A DNA stretch of 32,000 nt from Longivirga aurantiaca (lineage in GTDB: Bacteria > Actinomycetota > Actinomycetes > S36-B12 > CAIYMF01). Below, piece by piece: positions 1 to 8,320 of this stretch (within the stretch, counting starts at the first letter, position 1; each line of letters begins with the position of its first letter). Made by a program: the position numbers and the translations under genes. The stretch is from positions 3,089 to 35,088 of the forward strand of contig NZ_JBHSTI010000051.1 of NCBI RefSeq assembly GCF_042660085.1, in the 5' to 3' direction. The notes below the pieces were generated by a model. It was not told the DNA's origin. It ran no database searches and was given only the letters and a program-made list of their open reading frames with translations.

Positions 1-1505
1 CGGGGCTCGGCGCAGGGGCGGGCCTGGTGACCGCCGTCGTGGCCGGACTGCTCGCGGCGCTCTTCGGCGGTAGCAACCTGCAGGTGAGCGGGCCGACCGG
101 CGCGATGACGGTGGTGCTGCTGCCGATCGTGGCGCAGTTCGGCACCGGCGCGGTGCTCGTGGTCGGCCTGATCGCCGGCGTCTTCCTCATCGCGCTGGCC
201 GCGATCGGCGTGGGGCGCTGGATGCAGTACGTGCCGCTGCCGGTGGTCGAGGGGTTCACCCTCGGCATCGCGGTGATCATCGGCCTGCAGCAGGTGCCGG
301 CCGCTCTCGGCGTGACGGTCGAGGGCGAGAAGGTGCTCGGCCGCGCGGTCGAAGCCATCAGGCTGTGGTTCGCCGACCCGCAGTGGGCGCCGGTGCTCGT
401 GGCCGGGTTCGTCGCGGCGTCGATGCTCCTCGCGATCCGGTTCCGCCCGGGCCTGCCGGTGTCGCTGCCGGCGGTCGTCGTGGCGACGCTGGCCGTGTCG
501 TACTTCGCGCTCAACGCGGAGACGATCGGCACCATCCCCACCGGCTTCCCGGCTCCCGCCCTACCCGACTTCGAGTGGTCGCAGGTGAGCGCGCTCATCG
601 TGCCGGCCCTCGCGGTCGCGGCACTGGCCGCGCTCGAGAGCCTGCTCTCGGCCACGGTCGCCGACGGCATGTCGGTGGGCGAGCGGCACGACTCCGACCG
701 CGAGCTGTTCGGCCAGGGCGTGGCCAACCTCGTCGGGCCGATCTTCGGCGGGGTGCCGGCCACCGCGGCCATCGCGCGGACGGCGGTCAACGTGCGCAGC
801 GGCGCGCGGTCGCGGCTCGCGTCGTCCACCCACGCCGTCGCCCTGCTGGTCGTGATGCTCGTCGCCGCCCCCTGGGTGGGTCACATCCCGCTCGCGGCGC
901 TGGCCGGCGTGCTGATCGCGACCGTCGTCCAGATGGTCGAGGTGTCGAACCTCCGCGCCCTCATGCGCGCCACCCGCGGCGACGCGCTCGTGCTCGTGGC
1001 CACGGCGGTCGCGACGGTCGTGTTCGACCTCGTGACGGCCGTGATCGTGGGGCTCGTGGTCGCCGGTCTCTATGCGCTGCAGCAGGTCTCGCGGTCGGCG
1101 CACATGGACGCTGTTCCCCTCGACACGAGCGACCACAGCGACGCCGAGCGCGCGCTGCTCGACGAGCACGTGGTGGCGTACCGCCTCGACGGCCCGCTCT
1201 TCTTCGGTGCGGCGCACCGGTTCCTGCTCGAGCTGTCGGAGGTGGGCGACGTACGCGTGGTCATCCTGCGCCTCGGCCGCGTGCAGACCCTCGACGCCAC
1301 CGGTGCCACCGTGCTCGGCCAGACCATCCGCGACCTCGAGGGCCGCGGGATCACGGTGCTGCTCTCGGGCATCCGCGACGACCACGACACGGTCTTCTCG
1401 ACCCTCGGGGTGTACGAGCACCTCGCGCACGCGGCGCACGTGTTCCCGACGACGCCCGAGGCCATCGAGCACGCCCGCCGCCACCTGGCCCGCACCCCCC
1501 ACTGA
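1..1505 (+). CDS. SulP-family anion transporter with C-terminal STAS domain (5' end cut by window edge)
   Basis: ORF open to the window start; frame upstream of 27 reads GLGAGAGLVTAVVAGLLAALFGGSNLQVSGPTGAM, a typical SulP motif; C-terminus (VVILRLGRVQTLDATGATVLGQTIRDLEGRGITVLLSG) is STAS-like. Confidence 0.93.
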   Translation, partial: GLGAGAGLVTAVVAGLLAALFGGSNLQVSGPTGAMTVVLLPIVAQFGTGAVLVVGLIAGVFLIALAAIGVGRWMQYVPLPVVEGFTLGIAVIIGLQQVPAALGVTVEGEKVLGRAVEAIRLWFADPQWAPVLVAGFVAASMLLAIRFRPGLPVSLPAVVVATLAVSYFALNAETIGTIPTGFPAPALPDFEWSQVSALIVPALAVAALAALESLLSATVADGMSVGERHDSDRELFGQGVANLVGPIFGGVPATAAIARTAVNVRSGARSRLASSTHAVALLVVMLVAAPWVGHIPLAALAGVLIATVVQMVEVSNLRALMRATRGDALVLVATAVATVVFDLVTAVIVGLVVAGLYALQQVSRSAHMDAVPLDTSDHSDAERALLDEHVVAYRLDGPLFFGAAHRFLLELSEVGDVRVVILRLGRVQTLDATGATVLGQTIRDLEGRGITVLLSGIRDDHDTVFSTLGVYEHLAHAAHVFPTTPEAIEHARRHLARTPH

Positions 1506-1635
1506 CGCGAGTTACTGCCCAGAGCGGGGTGATATGGGCACGCATAACCCCACTGTGGGCAGTAGCTCCCAGCAGGGGTCAGGTGCGGAGGTGGGCCATG
1601 CCGCCGTCGACGCTGAGGATCGTGCCGGGGGTGCG
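1496..1635. repeat. Direct-repeat copy 1: palindrome plus fragment of SDR gene 3' end
   Basis: First 20 nt after the C-run (ACTGACGCGAGTTACTGCCC, 1501-1520) identical to 2755-2774; 1574-1628 identical (55 nt) to 2829-2883; the stretch between is diverged and 1 nt different in length. Minus-strand reading ends ...SVDGGMAHLRT*, as in the intact SDR. Confidence 0.93.
1508..1568. terminator. Imperfect stem-loop between convergent genes (candidate bidirectional terminator)
   Basis: CGAGTTACTGCCCAGAGCGGGG ... CCCCACTGTGGGCAGTAGCTC inverted repeat; lies between SulP (+) and 1687..2337 (-). Confidence 0.5.
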
Positions 1636-1686
1636 GGCGGGGGTCGCCTCTCCTGGCTGGGATCCGCGGCCCCCGCCCACGTCGGG

Positions 1687-2337
1687 TCACGCGGGGGCGG
1701 CGACACCCGTGCGTGCGGTACGGCGGCTGCGCACGGCGTACGCCGCGAAGAAGGCCATGGCCGCGATGCCCACGGCTACGACGAGGCCTGCCCACATCAT
1801 CCAGATGGTCATGACAACAGCTGTCGCACCCAGCTCGACCGCTGCCCGCACGGGGTGCGAGCGCAGCCCCATGAGCGCGTGGACGCAGAGGGCGAGCATG
1901 ACGACGCCCACCACGCCGAGGCCGATGCGCCACTGGAAATCGTACGAGCCGACCGCCGCGTTGCGGGAGTCGATCAGCATGCCGATGCCGATCAGCGCGG
2001 TCCAGGCGGTGACGATCGCTGCAACGCCGTACGCGGTGCGGGTCCAGCCGTCGAGCGGTGCGCGTGCGGTCATGACGACCTCCGGTTCCCGTGCGGATCG
2101 GGCGATCCGCCGTTGGTGGGTGCGCCAGGAGAGGTCGGCGGGGACGCCGAGGAGCGCGCGGCGCAGGACGTCGCGCGGGAAGGTGGACCGGGCCTGGCCG
2201 AGCGCGGCCAGCCGGTGGTCGTGCAGGTCGGACGCGAGCTCGTCCCGTCGATCGGCGGCGACGTCGGCGGGCAGGCCCCGGGTGTACAGGGCGCACCACC
2301 GCAGGACGAGGGCCGTGACTCGCCCGCCGGAGGTCAT
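1687..2337 (-). CDS. Small multi-pass membrane protein of unknown function, translationally coupled to a PadR regulator
   Basis: 216 aa; hydrophobic segments (AYGVAAIVTAWTALIGIGMLI, IGLGVVGVVMLALCVHALM, VVMTIWMMWAGLVVAVGIAAMAFFAAYAV); start overlaps PadR stop. Confidence 0.8.
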   Translation of the reverse strand: MTSGGRVTALVLRWCALYTRGLPADVAADRRDELASDLHDHRLAALGQARSTFPRDVLRRALLGVPADLSWRTHQRRIARSAREPEVVMTARAPLDGWTRTAYGVAAIVTAWTALIGIGMLIDSRNAAVGSYDFQWRIGLGVVGVVMLALCVHALMGLRSHPVRAAVELGATAVVMTIWMMWAGLVVAVGIAAMAFFAAYAVRSRRTARTGVAAPA

Positions 2338-2684
2338 GTCGTCGCCACCCTCGCTGCGGCGACGGTCGCGACCGGCTGCCGGCTTCGGGCCAGGGCCGTC
2401 TCGCCGGCCCCGGTGACGCGGTACAGCCGGCGTCGCGGCCGGCCCTCACGCTCGGCGATCGACGACTCCTCCCAGCGGGCGGTGAGCAGCCCGCGCTCGG
2501 TCATGCGACCGAGCGCCTTGTAGAGGGTGCCGTGGGCCGTGAGCCGGCGCGACCCATCGGAGTCCGCCAGCGCAGAGGCCAGCACGAACCCGTGGAACTC
2601 GCTGCCGTCACGGGTCAGCGCGAGGCCGGACTCGAGGATCGCCTGCTCGAGCGGCAGCAGCTGGTCGGGGCGTCGTCGGGCCAT
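2334..2684 (-). CDS. PadR-family transcriptional regulator
   Basis: MARRRPDQLLPLEQAILESGLALTRDGSEFHGFVLASALADSDGSRRLTAHGTLYKALGRMTERGLLTARWEESSIAEREGRPRRRLYRVTGAGETAL; wHTH and GTLYKAL / GRPRRRLYRVTGAG motifs. The supplied ORF extends to 2756; ATG at 2684 preferred. Confidence 0.88.
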   Translation of the reverse strand: MARRRPDQLLPLEQAILESGLALTRDGSEFHGFVLASALADSDGSRRLTAHGTLYKALGRMTERGLLTARWEESSIAEREGRPRRRLYRVTGAGETALARSRQPVATVAAARVATT

Positions 2685-2749
2685 GGACACAGAATGAGAA
2701 GATATCTTCCCATTGTCAAGAGGCCATCGCCTGACCCATCGCCCCGGGA

Positions 2750-2889
2750 CCCCCACTGACGCGAGTTACTGCCCGAAGTGGGGGGGATGCGGGCCGGCAT
2801 CACCCCACTTCGGGCAGTAACTCGAAGAAGGGGTCAGGTGCGGAGGTGGGCCATGCCGCCGTCGACGCTGAGGATCGTGCCGGTGGTGC
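2750..2889. repeat. Direct-repeat copy 2: palindrome plus native SDR 3' end
   Basis: Matches 1496-1635 (see copy 1); includes the stop of the intact SDR gene at 2834. Confidence 0.92.
2762..2824. terminator. Perfect 22-bp inverted repeat downstream of SDR (terminator or REP-like palindrome)
   Basis: CGAGTTACTGCCCGAAGTGGGG (2762-2783) / CCCCACTTCGGGCAGTAACTCG (2803-2824), 19-nt loop. Confidence 0.6.
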
Positions 2890-3574
2890 TGCCCGACAGC
2901 GGCGAGGCGAGGTAGGCGATCGCGTGCGCGACCTCGTCGGCCGTGACCAGGCGGCCCATCGGCTGACGCTGCCGCAGCGCCTCGCCCATCGCGGCGGGGT
3001 CGTCGGCCTGGTCGAGCAGCCGCGCGACCCAGGGGGTGTCGGCCGTGCCGGGAGCGACGGCGTTGACGCGGATGCCCTCTCCCACATGGTCCGCGGCCAT
3101 CGCGAGCGTGAGCCCCGACACCGCGCCCTTGCTCGCGCTGTAGAGCGCGCGGTTCTTCACACCGACCACCGCGACCACCGAGCTCGTGTTGACGATCGCG
3201 GCGCGCTTCGACTCGCGGAGGTACGGCAGCGCCGCGCGGGCCACGCGCGCCATCCCGACGACGTTGACGTCGAGCACGCGGTGCCACTCGTCGTCGTCGT
3301 TCGCGGCGACGTCGCCGCCCGCCCCGATGCCGGCGTTGTTGATCACGACGTCGATGCCGCCGAGCTCGAACGCCGCGGCGTGCACCGCCGCCTCGACCGA
3401 CGCCGGGTCGCTGACGTCGCACGGGATCCGCGAGGCGCGCTCCGGGCCGGCGTCGATCGTGAGGTCGAGCACCGCCACCTTCGCCCCGCGCTCGAGGAGG
3501 AGGGCTGCCGTGGCCGCGCCGATGCCGCTCGCGCCACCGGTGACGATCGCCGCGATGCCGTCGAAGTCGCCCAT
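2834..3574 (-). CDS. SDR-family NAD(P)-dependent oxidoreductase
   Basis: TGGASGIG cofactor motif, NNAG, and YSASK active-site motif (ALYSASKGAV). Confidence 0.94.
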   Translation of the reverse strand: MGDFDGIAAIVTGGASGIGAATAALLLERGAKVAVLDLTIDAGPERASRIPCDVSDPASVEAAVHAAAFELGGIDVVINNAGIGAGGDVAANDDDEWHRVLDVNVVGMARVARAALPYLRESKRAAIVNTSSVVAVVGVKNRALYSASKGAVSGLTLAMAADHVGEGIRVNAVAPGTADTPWVARLLDQADDPAAMGEALRQRQPMGRLVTADEVAHAIAYLASPLSGSTTGTILSVDGGMAHLRT

Positions 3575-3575
3575 G

Positions 3576-4607
3576 TCAGTCTCTCTTCCTCGGGTCCACG
3601 TGGATCTTCGGTCCGGCGCCCGCGCCGTCGGGCCGGTGCCCGGCGAGCACGTCCGCGACGCCGTCGAGCCCCACGGTCGTGGCCACGATCGGCCGGGGGT
3701 CGACCGCTCCCGCGGCGTACGCCTCGATCGTGCCCGCGAGGCCCGGCGACGCCGACAGCACGCCGACGGCGGTCACGTCCTTCAGCGCGATCGTGCGGGT
3801 GTCGACCAGGCTGGGGCTGCCCGCGAGGCCGATGTAGACCACGCGCCGACCGGGCTCGACGAGGTCGAGAGCCTTCGCCGGGAGGTACGCCGCATTGCTC
3901 GCGTCGACCACCGCATCCCAGGGGAGAGAGGGCAGCTCGGCCTCGGTCCACGCGTTGTCGAAGCCGACCGAGCGCGCGAAGTCGAGCGTGCGCGCCGAGT
4001 GCCCCAGCAGGTGCACCTCGGCGCCGGCGGCGCGCGCGAACATCGCCACGAGCAGGCCGATCGTGCCGGGGCCGAGCACGAGGACGCGGTCGCCCGGTGC
4101 CAGGCCGGCGCCCTGCGCGGCGCGCAGCGCGTTCCCTCCCGGCTCCACGAGAGCGCCGGCGACGTCATCGACGGCGTCCGGCAGCGCGTGCAGCGACGTC
4201 ACGGGGACGGCAAGCTGCTCGGCCAGCGCTCCGGCGCGGCCGCTGCGGATGCCGACCTCGCTGCGGTGCTCGCACACGTGCTGGTCGCCGTGCAGGCAGC
4301 GGTGGCACCGCCCGCACCCGAGCATGGTGTCGCCCGTGACGCGTCGTCCGACCCAGCGGTCGTCGACCCCCTCGCCGACCGACGCGACCGTGCCGCACCA
4401 CTCGTGCCCGAGCCGCAGCGGGAAGTGCGCGAACCCGTCGTGGAGGTACTGCATCTCACCGGTGAAGAACTCGACGTCGGTGCCGCAGACGCCGACACGC
4501 GCGACGTCGACGACGACCTCGCCCGGCGCAGCCACCGGTCGGTCGACCTCCTGCACGCCCGCCTCCCCCGGGGCCGTGACGACGAAGGCGCGCATCGTGC
4601 CCGTCAT
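3576..4607 (-). CDS. Zinc-dependent medium-chain alcohol/polyol dehydrogenase
   Basis: GHEWCGTVASVGEGVD, structural-Zn Cys motif CGRCHRCLHGDQHVC, and VLVLGPGTIGLL Rossmann motif. ATG at 4607 overlaps the FAH stop; the longer supplied ORF is an over-extension. Confidence 0.92.
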   Translation of the reverse strand: MTGTMRAFVVTAPGEAGVQEVDRPVAAPGEVVVDVARVGVCGTDVEFFTGEMQYLHDGFAHFPLRLGHEWCGTVASVGEGVDDRWVGRRVTGDTMLGCGRCHRCLHGDQHVCEHRSEVGIRSGRAGALAEQLAVPVTSLHALPDAVDDVAGALVEPGGNALRAAQGAGLAPGDRVLVLGPGTIGLLVAMFARAAGAEVHLLGHSARTLDFARSVGFDNAWTEAELPSLPWDAVVDASNAAYLPAKALDLVEPGRRVVYIGLAGSPSLVDTRTIALKDVTAVGVLSASPGLAGTIEAYAAGAVDPRPIVATTVGLDGVADVLAGHRPDGAGAGPKIHVDPRKRD

Positions 4608-5464
4608 CGAGGAGCGAGGACGCTCTGCCGCTGGGTGCCGAGACCGGTGATGCCGAGCTCCATGACGTCGCCGGGCTGGAGCCAGACCGGCGGCTTGAAG
4701 CCGAGGCCGACGCCCGGGGGCGTTCCGGTGTTGATGAGGTCGCCGGGCTCGAGGACGAGGAACTGCGACAGGTAGTGCACGAGGAAGTAGGGGTCGAAGA
4801 TCATCGTGGCCGTCGTGCCGGTCTGACGCCGTACGCCGCTGACGTCGAGCCACATGTCGAGCGCGAGCACGTCGTCGATCTCGTCAGGCGTGACGAGCCA
4901 CGGGCCAGCGGGGTTGAACGTCTCGCAGCTCTTGCCCTTGCTCCACTGGCCGCCGCGCTCCATCTGGAACGCGCGCTCGCTCACGTCGTTCACCACGCAG
5001 TAGCCGGCGATCGCGTCGCGGGCGTCGTCGACGGAGTCGAGGTAGCTCGTGCGGCGTCCGATCACGATGCCCAGCTCGACCTCCCAGTCGGGCTTGGTCG
5101 CTCCGCGCGGGATGAGCACGTCGTCGTACGGTCCGATGAGGGTGTTGGGGGACTTGGTGAACAGGATCGGCTCGTCCGGCACGGCCTGGCCGGTCTCAGC
5201 GGCGTGGTCGCTGTAGTTGAGGCCGATGCAGAGGATCTGGTGCGGCCGCGCGAACGGCGCACCCACGCGCTGGTCGCCGAGCTCGATCACGTGGCCCGCG
5301 GCCGCGCGCGACGCCACGGTGTCGCGCACCCGCTCGATCGCACCGCCACCGAAGAAGGCCTCGTCGAAGTCGTCGACAACGTCGGAGAGGTCGACGTACG
5401 TGCCGTCGGCCACGAGGGCCGCGGGCTTCTCCGAGCCGGGAGCGCCGATGCGCATGAGCTTCAT
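4604..5464 (-). CDS. Fumarylacetoacetate hydrolase-family protein (acylpyruvase / diketo-deoxy sugar acid hydrolase type)
   Basis: CIGLNYSDHAAE, PILFTKSPNTLIGPYDDV, DWEVELGIVIGR, NDVSER, INTGTPPGVGLGFKPP motifs. Confidence 0.94.
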   Translation of the reverse strand: MKLMRIGAPGSEKPAALVADGTYVDLSDVVDDFDEAFFGGGAIERVRDTVASRAAAGHVIELGDQRVGAPFARPHQILCIGLNYSDHAAETGQAVPDEPILFTKSPNTLIGPYDDVLIPRGATKPDWEVELGIVIGRRTSYLDSVDDARDAIAGYCVVNDVSERAFQMERGGQWSKGKSCETFNPAGPWLVTPDEIDDVLALDMWLDVSGVRRQTGTTATMIFDPYFLVHYLSQFLVLEPGDLINTGTPPGVGLGFKPPVWLQPGDVMELGITGLGTQRQSVLAPR

Positions 5465-5494
5465 GGGATCTCGTCCTGTCGGTGAGTGGTGCGG

Positions 5495-6403
5495 TCAGGT
5501 CGTGCCGCGCCACGGACGGGCCGGCAGGCCCGGCACGTCCACGCGCGTGGTGAACAGCCTGCCCGACCGCGGATGGTCGGCGACATCCTGGGCGGTCATA
5601 TTCTCGCGCGCGGTCGTGATCACAAGCGTCCGCCGGTCCTCGCCCGCGAACGCCACGTTGGTGGCCTGCGGCGCTCCGGGCGTGCGGACGACGTCGACGA
5701 GCGTGCCCTCGGGGCTGAACCGGCGCACCTCGCCCTGGCCGAAGACGGCCACCCAGAGGTGGCCGTCGGCATCGAGCGCGATGCCGTCGGGGAAGCCGTC
5801 GTCGACCCGCACGAAGTCCGAGCGCCCACCTGCGGTGCCCGTGACGGCGTCGTACGGCCGCACCCGGACCACATGGCTGAAGGTGTCGACGCTGAAGAGG
5901 GTGCCGCCGTCCGCGGAGAACGCCAGGCCGTTGGACAGCCCGAGGTCGTCGTCGAGCACCGTGACCGTGCCGTCGTGGTCGACCAGCCACAGCCGCTCGG
6001 CGAACGTCCGCTCGCCCGTGGGTGCGGAGCCGACGAGGTAGCGGCCGAGCGGGTCGGTGACGCCGTCGTTCAGTCGGCGCGGCTCGTCGGCGCAGAGGAC
6101 GGCTACGAGGTGCTCGCCCCCGTCGACGTCGACGAACACCAGCCGGTCGTGCGCCGCGAGCAGAGTGCCGGGCTCATGGTCGAGGAAGGCGGGGGCCGCG
6201 ACGGCACCGAGCGTGGCCGGCGCGTAGGCCAGGGAGAACGACGCCTGCTCGTGAACACCGCCGCCGTCGTCGAGCGAGCCCACGTGCACCCGGCCGCCGA
6301 GGATGTCGACCCAGCGCAGGATCGCCCGTTCCGGGTCCCACACCGGGCCTTCGCCGAGCTCGTACGACGCCGTGGTCGCGACGTCGGCGTCCCACGTGGT
6401 CAC
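5495..6403 (-). CDS. SMP-30/gluconolactonase/LRE-family lactonase
   Basis: ELGEGPVWDP, RLNDGVTDPLGRYLVGS, LSNGLAFSADG, FPDGIALDADGHLWVA motifs. Confidence 0.94.
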   Translation of the reverse strand: MTTWDADVATTASYELGEGPVWDPERAILRWVDILGGRVHVGSLDDGGGVHEQASFSLAYAPATLGAVAAPAFLDHEPGTLLAAHDRLVFVDVDGGEHLVAVLCADEPRRLNDGVTDPLGRYLVGSAPTGERTFAERLWLVDHDGTVTVLDDDLGLSNGLAFSADGGTLFSVDTFSHVVRVRPYDAVTGTAGGRSDFVRVDDGFPDGIALDADGHLWVAVFGQGEVRRFSPEGTLVDVVRTPGAPQATNVAFAGEDRRTLVITTARENMTAQDVADHPRSGRLFTTRVDVPGLPARPWRGTT

Positions 6404-6468
6404 GCCGACGAGCCTAGACGGGCGGCGCGCTCGGCGAGGGTTGAGCCTCGCACCAGCCCCACCCCGTC

Positions 6469-6521
6469 AGCCTGATCAATCCGTTGCTTCCCGGGTGCAG
6501 AAGCAACGGATTGATGAGGCT
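6469..6521. promoter_or_regulatory. Long near-perfect hairpin in divergent intergenic region
   Basis: AGCCTGATCAATCCGTTGCTTC (6469-6490) / GAAGCAACGGATTGATGAGGCT (6500-6521), one mismatch in 22 bp, 9-nt loop. Confidence 0.7.
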
Positions 6522-6591
6522 GAGCTGGGGGGTGAACCGCCGGGGAGAGTGTGCAGGGTTGAGCGGCGGCCAGCGGGGGAAGACAGGACGA

Positions 6592-7335
6592 ATGACGACG
6601 TCGGACCCGCGGGTCGTGCAGAGCGGTGCCCGCGCCGCGTGGCTGCTCGGCTCCGGGTTGACCGCCGGCTGGTTGGCGCTGCTGGCGTGGGTGCGCGCCA
6701 CCGCCCCGGACGTCCCCGCCCTCGACAGCGGGCTGCACGACTGGGCCGTTCAGGTCCGCACGCCCGAGAGCATCGACCTCGCCAACGCCGTGAGCGTGCT
6801 GGGTCAGGTGGACGTGGCCGTGCCGCTCGCGGTCGTCGGCGTCGTCCTGGTCGAGTCGGTCACGCGCCGCTGGGGCCGCGCCCGTGCTGCCGTGGGCATG
6901 GCGGTGCTCGCGGGTGGAGGCGCGGTGGTCGGTCTCGCCATGAACCACGTGGTCGGCCGCGAGCGTCCGGTGCCCGACTCCTGGGCGGGCGCCGCCGGCG
7001 GCCCGTCCTTCCCCTCCGGCCACACCACGGCTGCGACCGTCGCCGCGCTGCTGCTCGCGTGGGCGGTCACCCGCGTCGTCACCCGCCGCTGGGCGCAGGT
7101 CGCCGTATGGCTCGTTGCCGCCGTCTGGGCCGTCGGCGTCGGCTGGTCTCGAGTCTGGCTCGGCGTCCACTGGCCGACCGACGTGCTCGCCGCGTGGCTG
7201 TTCGTCCCCTCGCTGCTCGTGCTCGGCCGGGCAGCGCAGCTCACCTGGTGGCCGGGCGACGCGCCCCCCACAGCGGTCCTCGACCCGTCCGACACCCCCG
7301 GCTCCGAGCCGGTCTACCGAGAGGTTCCCCGATGA
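6592..7335 (+). CDS. PAP2-superfamily phosphatase (membrane)
   Basis: GRERPVPDSW ... PSFPSGHTTAAT ... VGWSRVWLGVHWPTDVLAAW, the classical PAP2 motifs; ATG at 6592. Confidence 0.93.
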   Translation: MTTSDPRVVQSGARAAWLLGSGLTAGWLALLAWVRATAPDVPALDSGLHDWAVQVRTPESIDLANAVSVLGQVDVAVPLAVVGVVLVESVTRRWGRARAAVGMAVLAGGGAVVGLAMNHVVGRERPVPDSWAGAAGGPSFPSGHTTAATVAALLLAWAVTRVVTRRWAQVAVWLVAAVWAVGVGWSRVWLGVHWPTDVLAAWLFVPSLLVLGRAAQLTWWPGDAPPTAVLDPSDTPGSEPVYREVPR

Positions 7336-8264
7336 CCAAGGTCGCCGTGGTCGCGCATTCCGGCAAGACGTTCGGAGGCGGGCTGCCCGAGCTCCACGAC
7401 GTCCTCGCGCACGAGGGCGTCGACGTCCTCTGGTACGAGGTGCCGAAGAGCAAGCACGCCCCGAAAGCGGTGCGCAGGGCGCTGAAGCAGGGCGCCGAGC
7501 TCGTCCTCGCCTGGGGCGGCGACGGCATGCAGCAGCGCTGCATCGAGGTGCTCGCGGGCACCGGCGTTCCGCTCGGGATCCTGCCTGCCGGCACCGGCAA
7601 CCTGCTCGCGACGAACCTCGACGTGCCGACGACCGTCGCGGACGCGGTGGCGGTCGCGCTGCACGGCGACCGGCGGGCCCTCGACACCGGTGTCTGCAAC
7701 GGCGAGCACTTCGCCGTGATGGCGGGCGCGGGCTTCGACGCGCTCATGATCAAGGACGCCGACCGAGGACTGAAGGACCGCATCGGCAGGGCCGCCTACC
7801 TGTGGACCGGCCTGCGCAACATCAGCGCCGCGCAGGTGCACGGCCGGGTCAAGGTGGACGGCAACCTCTTCTACGAGGGGCAGCTCTCGTGCGTGCTCGT
7901 CGGCAACGTCTCGAAGGTCTTCGCGGGCATCGAGGCGTTCGACGGCGCCCGTCCGGACGACGGGGTGCTCGAGGTCGCCGTCGTGTCTGCCAGCACGCCG
8001 GTCGAGTGGACCCGCGCGGTGACACGCGTGGTCGCCGACCGCGCAGAGAGGTCGCCGTTCATCGACGTGACGAGCGGTCGGAGGATCCGGGTCGCTCTGA
8101 GGACCAAGCTCGCGTACGAGATCGACGGCGGCGACCGTCCGCCGACGAAGAAGCTGCGCATCGACGTCCGTCCCGCGTCCGTGACGGTGTGCGTGCCGCA
8201 GCGCACCACGGAGATCCAGCAGGTCGACCACGCCGAGGGGGTTGAGCCGGTCGCTGCCGGGTAG
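7332..8264 (+). CDS. Diacylglycerol kinase catalytic-domain / lipid kinase-like protein
   Basis: LVLAWGGDGMQQRCIEVLAGTGVPLGILPAGTGNLLATNL; starts by ATGA overlap with PAP2 gene. Confidence 0.92.
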   Translation: MTKVAVVAHSGKTFGGGLPELHDVLAHEGVDVLWYEVPKSKHAPKAVRRALKQGAELVLAWGGDGMQQRCIEVLAGTGVPLGILPAGTGNLLATNLDVPTTVADAVAVALHGDRRALDTGVCNGEHFAVMAGAGFDALMIKDADRGLKDRIGRAAYLWTGLRNISAAQVHGRVKVDGNLFYEGQLSCVLVGNVSKVFAGIEAFDGARPDDGVLEVAVVSASTPVEWTRAVTRVVADRAERSPFIDVTSGRRIRVALRTKLAYEIDGGDRPPTKKLRIDVRPASVTVCVPQRTTEIQQVDHAEGVEPVAAG

Positions 8265-8320
8265 AACCCCTGGGCACGGTGCGAGGTGCGCCGTGCTCCG
8301 CACAACGAGAGGGGCCAGTC

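Noticed and set aside
365-2416. 683-aa plus-strand ORF overlapping SulP, repeat copy 1 and the minus-strand membrane gene
   Set aside because: Arg/Pro-rich frameshift shadow; passes through a terminator-like palindrome and an opposite-strand gene.
1636-2750. Cassette between direct repeats considered as an insertion sequence
   Set aside because: No transposase or integrase and no terminal inverted repeats; kept only as a duplication-flanked cassette.
6303-7331. N-terminal part of the 653-aa ORF 6303..8264
   Set aside because: Only the part from ATG 7332 resembles a lipid kinase; the upstream part is a shadow of PAP2 and crosses the hairpin.
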